Virus record (IMG/VR): IMGVR_UViG_3300015263_000944
Span: 1-43,394 of that record
Length of the DNA stretch: 43,394 nucleotides
Origin: a virus
Strand: one strand, 5' to 3'
Each line of letters opens with the position of its first letter. Within the stretch, counting starts at the first letter, position 1. Below, one piece after another: positions 22,836 through 31,690 of the stretch. The position numbers and the translations under genes are program-made. The notes below the pieces were generated by a model, which saw only the letters and a program-made list of their open reading frames with translations, made no database searches and had not been told where the DNA came from.

Positions 22836-24587
22836 TTACGCAGAACCGAAACACCTTTCGACTGACATATTCTGCGGCTGAATTCCGTGCTTCTCCGCAA
22901 AATCCTGAAGGTCATAGCTGTGATTGATGCCTCGTTGCTGTCGAGAGATTCGCTTCACAGCTTCTCGGAAGTCATCAACGATGACACCGGTTCGAGTCTT
23001 GGCTGCCAGATCACGATGGAGGGCGATCATCTTGGCTTCTTCAGCCAATGCCGCCAGCATTGCACCATTCACTGCATCGCCAAGGGTGAAGTCGTGTTCG
23101 TTGTTGACCCGATACAAAGTGCGTGACTTGGAGAACAAGTCCGACACCGCAAGGGTTATGGTTCCCATCATCTGAGAAGCATCAGCAAACGGCAAAGTCT
23201 TTGTGTGAATTTGCAAAATGTCGATGGCTTCCATCTCGCCGGGGCGATCAACTTTGATGTGCTTCGAGATGCGTCCCGGTCGAGTGATGGCTGGATCGAG
23301 AATGTCTGCCCGGTTGGACATCAACACAACAATTGGATTGGCTTCCGTATCGCTCGGATCAACACCATCCATCTCGCCTAAAAACATAGGTACGATGGTG
23401 TCAGACACATCACTGCTGCGACGAGTTCCACGTTGTGGCATAATGGCATCAGCCTCATCGAAAGCAAGCAGAGCTTTGTATCCATGCTGACGGTAGTGAT
23501 GGCGAGCACGCCGAAACAGTTCTCGGATCTCAGCCTCGGTGTTTCCAACCCATTTGCTGAGGATTTCAGGTGATTTGACGAAGATGTATCCACTTTCAAT
23601 AGCCTCCTTGCCATGTGCGTTTGCGACTGCCCATGCCATAACTCTTGCGAGCAGTGTCTTGCCGCAACCGGGAGGGCCGAACAACAACACACCACGCAGG
23701 GCTTGTACGTCGTAGTATTTGAAAAGGTCTGGCTCAAGGAATGGCAACTCCAGTGCGTCTCGAAGTTGCTGCTTGGCTGTCTCCAAACCACCAACATCAT
23801 CCCATGTGGCAGTGAGTTCAGATGTGACCTTGTAACGATCACTGTTATCTCGTGCCAACTTCTCCATTACGCAGAACATCGTAGGATCACAGGCGACTCG
23901 ATCACCTTCTTCCAATGCAATGCCACGAGGGTTGTTGACCAGATGTTTCTCGCCTTTGAGTTCAACTTCGACGCTGCTCTCTCCAACGAATGCAACAACA
24001 CGACAAATCGGGCCAGCATGAAGGTCATAGCCACGAGACACAATGGCTTTCGTGTCAGGCTTCACTTTGACTGGCTCGCCCACTTGTAGGTCGAGATCAC
24101 CGAGACCTTGAACTTCCCACGGCTTGCCGTCGATGCTCACCACCGCAAAGGTGCCATCGGTTTTTTCAGACAGGCGCACTTGTGCTGCGGCCTTGCCCTC
24201 GACACCAATCGGGAATCGCACTTCTTCTTCATTGTGCAACTTCACGAGCACTGTCCCATCGTCATCAACGATGGGAGTCTCGTTCAAGCCACTGATGATT
24301 CGCCCGCCTTGCTGGTAATACGGCGAATCAGGATCAACGACAACAACTTCATCGTTGGTCTTGAAGCAGCGAGGGTCCACTGAATTGTGGACTTTGAGAA
24401 GCGTGCCGAAGCACAGAGGCTCGCCTAGCAGGCGTTTCAGCTTTTCGTGATGCTGAATGAGTTTGGCTGTGAGATCACGATTGATGTCACGCAACTCAGT
24501 AATGTCATCATGGAGCCGACGTGTCTGTCTGCCGACTCGACGCTGAACTTCGGCCTCGATGAATTGTTCTACGTTCTGATCTGTCAT
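22836..24587 (-). CDS. AAA+ ATPase with N-terminal coiled coil and OB-like region (proteasome-associated ARC/PAN-like architecture)
   Basis: Track ORF, ATG. Walker A LLFGPPGCGKTLLARV, Walker B LLAFDEADAI. Confidence 0.6.
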   Translation of the reverse strand: MTDQNVEQFIEAEVQRRVGRQTRRLHDDITELRDINRDLTAKLIQHHEKLKRLLGEPLCFGTLLKVHNSVDPRCFKTNDEVVVVDPDSPYYQQGGRIISGLNETPIVDDDGTVLVKLHNEEEVRFPIGVEGKAAAQVRLSEKTDGTFAVVSIDGKPWEVQGLGDLDLQVGEPVKVKPDTKAIVSRGYDLHAGPICRVVAFVGESSVEVELKGEKHLVNNPRGIALEEGDRVACDPTMFCVMEKLARDNSDRYKVTSELTATWDDVGGLETAKQQLRDALELPFLEPDLFKYYDVQALRGVLLFGPPGCGKTLLARVMAWAVANAHGKEAIESGYIFVKSPEILSKWVGNTEAEIRELFRRARHHYRQHGYKALLAFDEADAIMPQRGTRRSSDVSDTIVPMFLGEMDGVDPSDTEANPIVVLMSNRADILDPAITRPGRISKHIKVDRPGEMEAIDILQIHTKTLPFADASQMMGTITLAVSDLFSKSRTLYRVNNEHDFTLGDAVNGAMLAALAEEAKMIALHRDLAAKTRTGVIVDDFREAVKRISRQQRGINHSYDLQDFAEKHGIQPQNMSVERCFGSA

Positions 24588-24628
24588 CCTTGACGTGCTC
24601 CCCGGCTTCGATCCCTGAAGCCGTTTTC

Positions 24629-24910
24629 TTAAAACTCATCGGGAAGTTGTTCTTTAAGTTCTGCCAACCTCTTATTAGCAGATTCTATGGCTTCCAGACG
24701 TTCCGGCGTCTCATCTTCTGTGTAACAATTCACATACCATCTGGAATTGCTACGCCAGAACTTGCCGCCGAATCCCAGCATACCACAAAACCGGTATTCG
24801 GTGCAATGTCCTTCTGTCTCTGTAAATACGAAATTCTCCAGCCAGAAGTCGGTTGCGCCGCACTCCTGCTGGAGAATCTCATATATGCGTTTGGCTGTGT
24901 CTTCATTCAT
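24629..24910 (-). CDS. hypothetical protein
   Basis: Track ORF, ATG. Confidence 0.45.
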   Translation of the reverse strand: MNEDTAKRIYEILQQECGATDFWLENFVFTETEGHCTEYRFCGMLGFGGKFWRSNSRWYVNCYTEDETPERLEAIESANKRLAELKEQLPDEF

Positions 24911-24919
24911 GCCAACATC

Positions 24920-25705
24920 TTAGCTGGCGTTGCGAATCTCCACAACCCGAATCTGCTGGCCGTTGCAATCGAGATCCTTCGTTTCGATCACAAAATCCTC
25001 GGCAATGTCGAGGCCAGCGGTTCTGAGCGTGCGGCTGTAGAGCCGCATATCGCCGTTTCGCTCGATTTGCTGGGTCTGACCGGAAGGCCCACCCAAGGTA
25101 TCGACGACTTCATCGTACTTCTCTTCCTGCGTCAACAGGATGCGGTTGTTGGCCGTGTCCATGATGACCTGTACGGGGTCGTTGTGGACGAGACCGAGTT
25201 CCTTGACGAACTCCGTGCGGACCATGAGGCGATTGCGGTAGTCCGTGCTGAACGTGCCGTCCGTGTTTTGACCACCGCTGTCATTGCCGTTGTTGCTCGG
25301 CGCAGCCGGGGCGGCAGCAGCAGCGACGGCTGCGACGGGTTGCCCGCTGTGACTGGGCTGGGGACGACTCTGCGGCGTGGCACTTCCGCCCCGAGCCTGA
25401 TACTGGTTCGGATCGGCGGTTTCGGGATGATAGACGAAGGCCCAGCCGCCACCCGGCATGTTCATCTGCGTCTGTTGCCACTTCATGTCGTTGCCGTTGG
25501 GATCGGTGTGACCCCAATCGATGGCGTCCCGGAGGCACTGGATTTCGTGGATGCCGCCACGCACGTCCTTGTGACGCATCTGGACGTTCTCACGCTGGCG
25601 GGTCTCGATGGTCACATCGTAGCCGGTGAACATCCGGCCTTCATCGAGAAACTGCTTGACGGTAGCTTCGAGTTGTTGTTCGGTTGTCGGGTCGAGTTGG
25701 CACAT
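24920..25705 (-). CDS. hypothetical protein with AbrB/MazE-like C-terminal region, tentative
   Basis: Track ORF 24920..25759 (GTG) trimmed to ATG 25705 (MCQLDPT) behind leader CCCGATCAAGGAGACC. Confidence 0.4.
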   Translation of the reverse strand: MCQLDPTTEQQLEATVKQFLDEGRMFTGYDVTIETRQRENVQMRHKDVRGGIHEIQCLRDAIDWGHTDPNGNDMKWQQTQMNMPGGGWAFVYHPETADPNQYQARGGSATPQSRPQPSHSGQPVAAVAAAAAPAAPSNNGNDSGGQNTDGTFSTDYRNRLMVRTEFVKELGLVHNDPVQVIMDTANNRILLTQEEKYDEVVDTLGGPSGQTQQIERNGDMRLYSRTLRTAGLDIAEDFVIETKDLDCNGQQIRVVEIRNAS

Positions 25706-25888
25706 TGTCGTTGGTCTCCTTGATCGGGTTTCTTTGGTTATCGTGAAAACACACGCCACACTTGAATTGTATGGCAGAAAACTTACATGGTTGAGCCTTA
25801 GAAGTATTTCTTCTTCAGCACAATTCCCACCAGAGTCACAGAACTCAAGCAGAAGATTCCTGCTAGGAACTGCGACAAAGAAGAGGAT

Positions 25889-26557
25889 TCATTTGCCAGA
25901 AGTACCAAGGTCTGCATTGGGGGATTCCTCCGAGAAGGGTCGCTGACGAGAGTTGAGCCTTTCGTTCATCTCTGCGTCATAGGTTACGTCTCGTTGCATC
26001 CAACCGATGGGTACGCCCATCGGGAAAGGCTTCGCAAACACGAACAGATGAAACTGGTTGGCTGTATCGTGACAACGAGATTCCGCAGGATGCAACTGGA
26101 ACGCCTCGTTCTCTGGCCCCACCAGTTCGCTTTTGATTTGCTGAAAGTGCCGCCAATCAATGATCGCACGTTGGTCGATCCGCTTGATCGACAACCAGTG
26201 CATCTCTTGGCCCATCTGATTCACCCACCAATCGCCCTCCTTGCAACCTCGGATGTTGCGGATGACATAGACTTCATAGATGTTGTTTCGGTGGCCTGTC
26301 ACCGAATCGAAGTCGTAGGTGGTCTGCCAGTAGTTCAGCTTGAAGTCTGGCAGAGGGTATTCCTCGAACGGCGTCATCTTCGCCGCTGGTCCTTCAGGCA
26401 CATGGACCGGAACCTCAACGGGTCGTTCGACAACCACTACCGCAGCATTGTCAGGAAGCTGATCCAGAACATGCTGAGGAAGAGGCGGCACGTTGCCGCT
26501 ACTCATCGAGAGCGGCAGAGCGTGCTTGCGTCTCCTGTTGTTCTTCTTGTTTCCCAT
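25889..26557 (-). CDS. hypothetical protein
   Basis: Track ORF, ATG behind leader CCCGATCAAGGAGAACTC. Confidence 0.5.
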   Translation of the reverse strand: MGNKKNNRRRKHALPLSMSSGNVPPLPQHVLDQLPDNAAVVVVERPVEVPVHVPEGPAAKMTPFEEYPLPDFKLNYWQTTYDFDSVTGHRNNIYEVYVIRNIRGCKEGDWWVNQMGQEMHWLSIKRIDQRAIIDWRHFQQIKSELVGPENEAFQLHPAESRCHDTANQFHLFVFAKPFPMGVPIGWMQRDVTYDAEMNERLNSRQRPFSEESPNADLGTSGK

Positions 26558-26629
26558 GAGTTCTCCTTGATCGGGTGTACAAGGTCATTGTATGGCACAA
26601 ATCAAGGAGAGTTCACTCCAACTTTTGGA

Positions 26630-28294
26630 CTAGAAGCTGATCTCGGCGAGATACTTCATCTCGATTCGACCACGCTTGTAGATGATCCATTCGTTGTTCT
26701 GGAGTCCGCCGTAGACGCCCCACGATGCGGTGTGACCAGCCTTGCCGAACACGCAGTGGTGCGGATTGGGCGGCGAGGTGAAACCGTGAGCATCCTTGGC
26801 AACGTGAGGGTTGCCGCAGATCACATCGAAGGCGAACATGAAGGCGTGACGACCAACCACTTCACCGCCACCACCATAGTAGGAGCGACGACCGGGATTG
26901 CACGACGAGCAATACCCTGCGGACTTTTTCCAATCGTCCGCAAAATATGACCCCGGCCCGAACATGGCACCGGTGATGATGACGCCGGTAAGTTGGTTCG
27001 GGAATCGCAGGTTCTCTCGTACAATGCCCGGCACGTTGACTGAACGTGTGCCGTGGAACATCAGGGCCGTGTTGGTATCGTAGTACAACTTGCGTTCCTG
27101 TGCCGTCAGATCGGGACGCTCACGCCACATCTGGTGCAATGGACGCTCGTTGTTCCACTTCTTCGGCATCTCGCCCAATGTGGCTTCCTGAGCAGCACGC
27201 ATGATCTTGCTGTCGCCGTCACGCTCGATTTCCCACATGTTGTGGACCTTGAGCTTGCCGACGTGACCATGCTTGTTGCGAGTGGAGTTGATCCACCAAT
27301 CTTCCAACCACTTGCCTTTCTCGCTCTTGGGGTCGAGATAAGCGACCTTGGCGGGAATACCGGCCATCACGTCGGTCTCGTCTTCCTCGATGTTCATGTC
27401 AACGGCTTGCAATGCCGTCTCGAACGCATCGATGTCGAGCCGCCATGTGGAGATGTTGTCTTGGCTCAGAATCCAGTCCGCTTCGGCGATACCCTGCGGC
27501 TTCGCCTTTGGAATGATGCCGTACAGGTGATAGGTGAGTTGCTTCAACTCGGTGTCGCTGACCTGAGCGGCCACCTCATTGCCGACGATCTTGATCCGAG
27601 CCATCGCATCATCCAGCACATCACGCCCTTCATCGAGGGCAGCTTGGGCTGGCAACGTGACCTTGCCGCTTTTGCCGCCAGACATGACGGCGTTGGTGTA
27701 GCTCACAGCACCACCGATTAGATCGGTGAACAACTTGCGAGTCTGCGGATCGAGATTGGACTTCTTCTTGGTCGTCTTCTTCTTCGAGGTAGGAGCGGCA
27801 GCCGGGGCAGCATTTGCGCCCTTGGCATCTTCGTTGGCGAGATTTTCGCAGCACGGCAAACCGACCAGACGTGTCGCCGACAAACGGACGACATACAAGT
27901 CTTTGCCCGGCTTGGCGACGAAGCGATCCTTCGAGCCGACCTTCTGCCATTGCCCACGACTGGTGTTCTTCGACTTGAACTGTTTCTCGCAACAGTCCTG
28001 TGCGTCTTGTTTCGACGAACACTCATGGAACTGGAATGAGGGCTTGTTGGGGCGACCGTCAGGCCGTGTGCGACCCCACTCGAAGTAGGCATAGAATTTG
28101 TTGTTGATGGTCGATTGGACGACGGCCAAGTGGTAATACTTGTTCGAGTCCACATCTTCCTGCTTGAAGCAGCCGAGATCGCAGAGGCAGGCATCGCCCC
28201 ACTCAGTATCTCGGCTGACGACCGGGCCGAGACCTTTGAAGTCACTGACACTGTGGCCCGCTGGCAGCGTTTGTTTTGCAAGTTTGGTCGCCAT
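26630..28294 (-). CDS. poly(ADP-ribose) polymerase-like protein: WGR domain + PARP catalytic domain with H-Y-E triad
   Basis: Track ORF, ATG with SD GGAGGAT. WGR motif YFEWGRTRPDG; catalytic motifs LMFHGTRS, GAMFGPGSYFADDWKKSAGYC and LQNNEWIIYKRGRIEMKYLAEI match the PARP1 sequences I recall. Confidence 0.65.
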   Translation of the reverse strand: MATKLAKQTLPAGHSVSDFKGLGPVVSRDTEWGDACLCDLGCFKQEDVDSNKYYHLAVVQSTINNKFYAYFEWGRTRPDGRPNKPSFQFHECSSKQDAQDCCEKQFKSKNTSRGQWQKVGSKDRFVAKPGKDLYVVRLSATRLVGLPCCENLANEDAKGANAAPAAAPTSKKKTTKKKSNLDPQTRKLFTDLIGGAVSYTNAVMSGGKSGKVTLPAQAALDEGRDVLDDAMARIKIVGNEVAAQVSDTELKQLTYHLYGIIPKAKPQGIAEADWILSQDNISTWRLDIDAFETALQAVDMNIEEDETDVMAGIPAKVAYLDPKSEKGKWLEDWWINSTRNKHGHVGKLKVHNMWEIERDGDSKIMRAAQEATLGEMPKKWNNERPLHQMWRERPDLTAQERKLYYDTNTALMFHGTRSVNVPGIVRENLRFPNQLTGVIITGAMFGPGSYFADDWKKSAGYCSSCNPGRRSYYGGGGEVVGRHAFMFAFDVICGNPHVAKDAHGFTSPPNPHHCVFGKAGHTASWGVYGGLQNNEWIIYKRGRIEMKYLAEISF

Positions 28295-28331
28295 TGAAAA
28301 TCCTCCGGGTTTCGTTACTTGGTTATCGCCA

Positions 28332-28344
28332 CAAGCGGGTGTTA
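28332..28344 (-). promoter_or_regulatory. conserved intergenic motif copy 3 nt after TAA stop of gene 28348..28653 and 37 nt upstream of PARP-like ATG
   Basis: acaagcgggtgttag read directly; the only copy outside the 0.8-10.2 kb block. Confidence 0.5.
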
Positions 28345-28347
28345 GCT

Positions 28348-28653
28348 TTAGTCACCGGTTGCGCCGAACATCCATTCCAAAAATTGGACCAGACCTTCCA
28401 TGGCCTGCTGACGCTCTGGCGTCGTGTATCGATAGGTGAGCCGATAAATCGGCAAGCCTTCTGCACTGGTGTCGTGTCGCACGAGAAACCAATCGTTGCC
28501 ATTGTCGAGTTGCCATGAGTCACTACCCATGCTCGTTTTCTGGTATGGGATCGTGTCTCCCTCACGCTCTCTCGGCACTTGGCCGATCACCATCGCCACT
28601 CGTTGAGCGACGAATGCTTCAGGTGTCTTCTTGGCTGTGCGGAAGTAGATCAT
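28348..28653 (-). CDS. hypothetical protein
   Basis: Track ORF, ATG; ATGA overlap with the upstream stop. Confidence 0.45.
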   Translation of the reverse strand: MIYFRTAKKTPEAFVAQRVAMVIGQVPREREGDTIPYQKTSMGSDSWQLDNGNDWFLVRHDTSAEGLPIYRLTYRYTTPERQQAMEGLVQFLEWMFGATGD

Positions 28654-29228
28654 TCTCCGACTGTTCCTGTTACGACGAAGCGAGACAAAACAGGAACCAG
28701 TTCGGCCACCTGCTCTGGACCCAACTTCATCTTGGTTGTGAGGACAGTCCCTTCGGGATACTCAAAGGGCTGCCAACTCTTTCCGGGAATCATGATTTCT
28801 GGTTTTGGATCATCGGGGCCGACCAACAGTGTCTCTTCGTGGCTCTCGATTGAATAGCCACAACCATACAAGTCAACGGTTGTCAGCTTCTCGACCGAGC
28901 CACACTTGAGAAACGTCTCGAAGAGTTCAAGGATGATCGCCGCTTGCTCCTGATCCAAATGAACTCGTGTGTGAACGAGCACGCTGTGCCAGTGAGGGTT
29001 CTCTTTCTTCGCTTGGAACTCTTCGTGTGCTCGATGCCACTCGATCCACGCCTGTTGTTTCTTCGGCGAGACCTTGTTGGAACAGCGAGGATTGGCATCA
29101 TTGACACCGAACCATATTGCGGCGGCAGTAGCGAGACTTGAATCTTGGATGGAACATTTGTTGCCGTCGAGGTCAGGAAATTCACCAAGCCTGAATCCAC
29201 GACTCGTCTTGTCCATCTTCAAAGTCAT
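28650..29228 (-). CDS. hypothetical protein
   Basis: Track ORF 28650..29234 (TTG) trimmed to ATG 29228 with SD AGGAGA. Confidence 0.45.
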   Translation of the reverse strand: MTLKMDKTSRGFRLGEFPDLDGNKCSIQDSSLATAAAIWFGVNDANPRCSNKVSPKKQQAWIEWHRAHEEFQAKKENPHWHSVLVHTRVHLDQEQAAIILELFETFLKCGSVEKLTTVDLYGCGYSIESHEETLLVGPDDPKPEIMIPGKSWQPFEYPEGTVLTTKMKLGPEQVAELVPVLSRFVVTGTVGE

Positions 29229-29396
29229 CGCCAATCTCCTGTTTTGTATTGAAGACGCCGATGAATCACGGGGTTACATACCCGCCGTACCTTACCGTCC
29301 ACTCATTGAGCCCATGGTCTCGCAGAGTGCCGCTGCTCTTGTCGTGGGTACACTTATCGAGTTCAGGCCGAAGCCAGACTCATCGGCGTCACGACC

Positions 29397-29425
29397 ATTG
29401 TATGGCACGAAAACTTGGCTGTAAA
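29397..29425 (-). promoter_or_regulatory. sigma70-like promoter TTTACA-N17-TACAAT with about 160-nt leader
   Basis: Plus strand attgta 29397-29402 and tgtaaa 29420-29425. Confidence 0.45.
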
Positions 29426-29426
29426 G

Positions 29427-30140
29427 CTAATCTGCCAACTTGTTCGGAACCATTGGAGCAGTCATCCAGTTTTGAGAGGTCTGGACGTGGTTGGCTCGAA
29501 CGTATTTCGCACAATGGGTGCGAAATTGTTCATAGAGAAATCCCTCAGTGGCTCGTACAACATAGCCCTCTGCCTCACAAGGCAGGAAGTCACGGGGGAA
29601 CTCGGGGACCGGCACTTCGTGGGAATCTTCGGCCAGTGCAAAAGTTGGAAAGGTGCCATTGCACTCCAGACCCTCTACCCATCGCTCACGCACCGTCTTT
29701 TCGTCCCAAACTCCACGCCACAGCACAGGCACCGTTTGGAGGCCCAAGTCTTCGCAGATTGCTTCCACTTTGTCCCACGGCAGACAGAGATTGTCATTGT
29801 AGATGCCGTAAACGAAGAAGTACGAAGGAAGCTGGTCATAGAAGATAGAGTGGTAGGCGTACACGTTCTCGCCGCAGATGCGGAAGTTCTGCGGGATGCG
29901 GTAGGCGAATGTGGCAGCGAAGCTCTTCATCCATGATCGAGATGGATGGTGCTTGCTGTCAATTGAACGAGCGTGCGTGTGTCCATCGGGATACACGGTC
30001 GTACATTCCCCGTCGAGCTTCTCAGTCATCACGACTTCCCGACCATCAAATGCAGTGGTATCGCTCCACCACACATCGTCGGAAGAGTTCGACTGGCTCC
30101 AAGGGAGGTTCATCGTTCGTGGGTATTTGGTGCGTTCCAT
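29427..30140 (-). CDS. compact ATP-dependent RNA/DNA ligase-family nucleotidyltransferase (motif I KLDGE, motif IV EGYVVR)
   Basis: Track ORF, ATG. Confidence 0.5.
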   Translation of the reverse strand: MERTKYPRTMNLPWSQSNSSDDVWWSDTTAFDGREVVMTEKLDGECTTVYPDGHTHARSIDSKHHPSRSWMKSFAATFAYRIPQNFRICGENVYAYHSIFYDQLPSYFFVYGIYNDNLCLPWDKVEAICEDLGLQTVPVLWRGVWDEKTVRERWVEGLECNGTFPTFALAEDSHEVPVPEFPRDFLPCEAEGYVVRATEGFLYEQFRTHCAKYVRANHVQTSQNWMTAPMVPNKLAD

Positions 30141-30158
30141 TCCTACATGATAAGGAAA

Positions 30159-31001
30159 TCAAAACAACTGGTCAATCAGTTTTGTCAGGCTGGGATCTCG
30201 GAGTCGCACCTGATGAGGAAGAAGCCATTCATATTTTTCGGAAAAGTCCAAATCGAATTTGGATACATTGCGATGAACCTCTTCGATCAGGAAAGCAAAC
30301 GCCCACTTTGAGAAGACCTCGTTTTTCACCTCATAGAACCCCATGCTGTGAAATGTTTTCTCCCGCCGATGAGGTGCGCCCCACTTGATGGCGTGTTCGC
30401 AGTCATCCATCCAGCGAAACCACTCGGGATGTTCCTTTTGAATGGCGTTGGATGTGCTCTCGTTGCCAAGCCAGAAAGCATCACTATACCAGTGACAGAG
30501 ACTCCACAGATAGTTCCTGAAGTCCTCGTCTTTCATCCCCTTGATCGCATATTCTTGGTACATTCCAAAGTAATTGCGTGCCGCTTCTGATTCCTTGTCG
30601 AAATAGAACAGGCCATCATTCAGGTTCTTGACCACCAGATCGGTCGAACGATGAAAAGGCAGAGGGGACTTGGCCCAAAAGACATCTGTGTCTGAATAGA
30701 GGATGACCTTCTGTGGAATGGTTTGTACAAAGTTCCAAATGTCGATCTGCCGAGATGTGATCATTGAATGGCGATCCCTTGTCTTTCCCTCAAAGAAATA
30801 AGGCCAATTCACCACTTCAAAATTCAACAACTCTGGATAGTGACCCCACTTGCCTTTGTAAGTGTCTCGTTGAATCACATAAACCTTGGAATCACAGCCC
30901 GCCCCTCGAAGAGACGCAATGCACAGAACGGTTCCCTCTTCTTGGTTCCATGTGTGGTACACCACGGCTGTCTCCGGGGAATTGTATTCTACTTTCAGCA
31001 T
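30159..31001 (-). CDS. putative glycosyltransferase (DxD motif YSDTDVFW)
   Basis: Track ORF, ATG overlapping the upstream TGA. Confidence 0.45.
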   Translation of the reverse strand: MLKVEYNSPETAVVYHTWNQEEGTVLCIASLRGAGCDSKVYVIQRDTYKGKWGHYPELLNFEVVNWPYFFEGKTRDRHSMITSRQIDIWNFVQTIPQKVILYSDTDVFWAKSPLPFHRSTDLVVKNLNDGLFYFDKESEAARNYFGMYQEYAIKGMKDEDFRNYLWSLCHWYSDAFWLGNESTSNAIQKEHPEWFRWMDDCEHAIKWGAPHRREKTFHSMGFYEVKNEVFSKWAFAFLIEEVHRNVSKFDLDFSEKYEWLLPHQVRLRDPSLTKLIDQLF

Positions 31002-31690
31002 AGCATGATCCGTTTCGCCATTTGATCATCTTGTATCTTCTGATCGTGCCGTGTGTAGTATGAACAATCTCGCCGTGCATGAGCGAGATAGTACCGCTCT
31101 TCTTCGTCCAAATTGGCTGGGTCGTTGTACCACGGCACATGACGGCCCGTGTATGGCCTATCCAACCTAAGAGAGTCTGTGATCTTGTAGACTTGAGGCA
31201 CATTTCTGTACAACGCAAAAGTTGTATCGACGTTCACGTCCCAGTATTCTCCGAGCTTCTTTTGCCAACAGATCTTTTCTGATCCTTGAATGAAGTGGTA
31301 ACGATGAATGTCATGCTTCGGCAAGTCGTTGATTTCAAGACTGATGCCTACTTTGATTCGCTCGGGATGTTGTTTTAGACCCTGCTTCATTTTGCGAATC
31401 ACATCGAGGGGGACGCCAGACAAATCCAAATCACAATCGCTGAAGGCGAAGTAATTGGATGATGGGAAGCCGAGATGGAAGTTACGAGTGAAACAACTCC
31501 ATGGACCAATGTTGTTGGTCAGCCGGATCAGTTCAAAGGAGCGATCTCTTTCGAAGAACTCAAGCAGCGGCGGATAGGTAGAGGCATTGTCTATGACAAT
31601 GGGCTTGAGTTCGGGAATCTGTGCAAAATACTCCAGCATTCCCTTGAGCGTAGTCAGTCGATTATAGCTGACAATGAAGACTGGGATCAT
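30995..31690 (-). CDS. family 2 glycosyltransferase
   Basis: Track ORF. GT2 N-terminal signature IPVFIVSYNRLTTL ... PIVIDNAST. Confidence 0.55.
   Translation of the reverse strand: MIPVFIVSYNRLTTLKGMLEYFAQIPELKPIVIDNASTYPPLLEFFERDRSFELIRLTNNIGPWSCFTRNFHLGFPSSNYFAFSDCDLDLSGVPLDVIRKMKQGLKQHPERIKVGISLEINDLPKHDIHRYHFIQGSEKICWQKKLGEYWDVNVDTTFALYRNVPQVYKITDSLRLDRPYTGRHVPWYNDPANLDEEERYYLAHARRDCSYYTRHDQKIQDDQMAKRIMLC

Noticed and set aside
26605-26621. Short hairpin tccaa-cttt-tggac, matching the one beside motif copy 5693-5705, as another motif site
   Set aside because: Only the small hairpin is shared. The CACCCGCTTG core is absent here.
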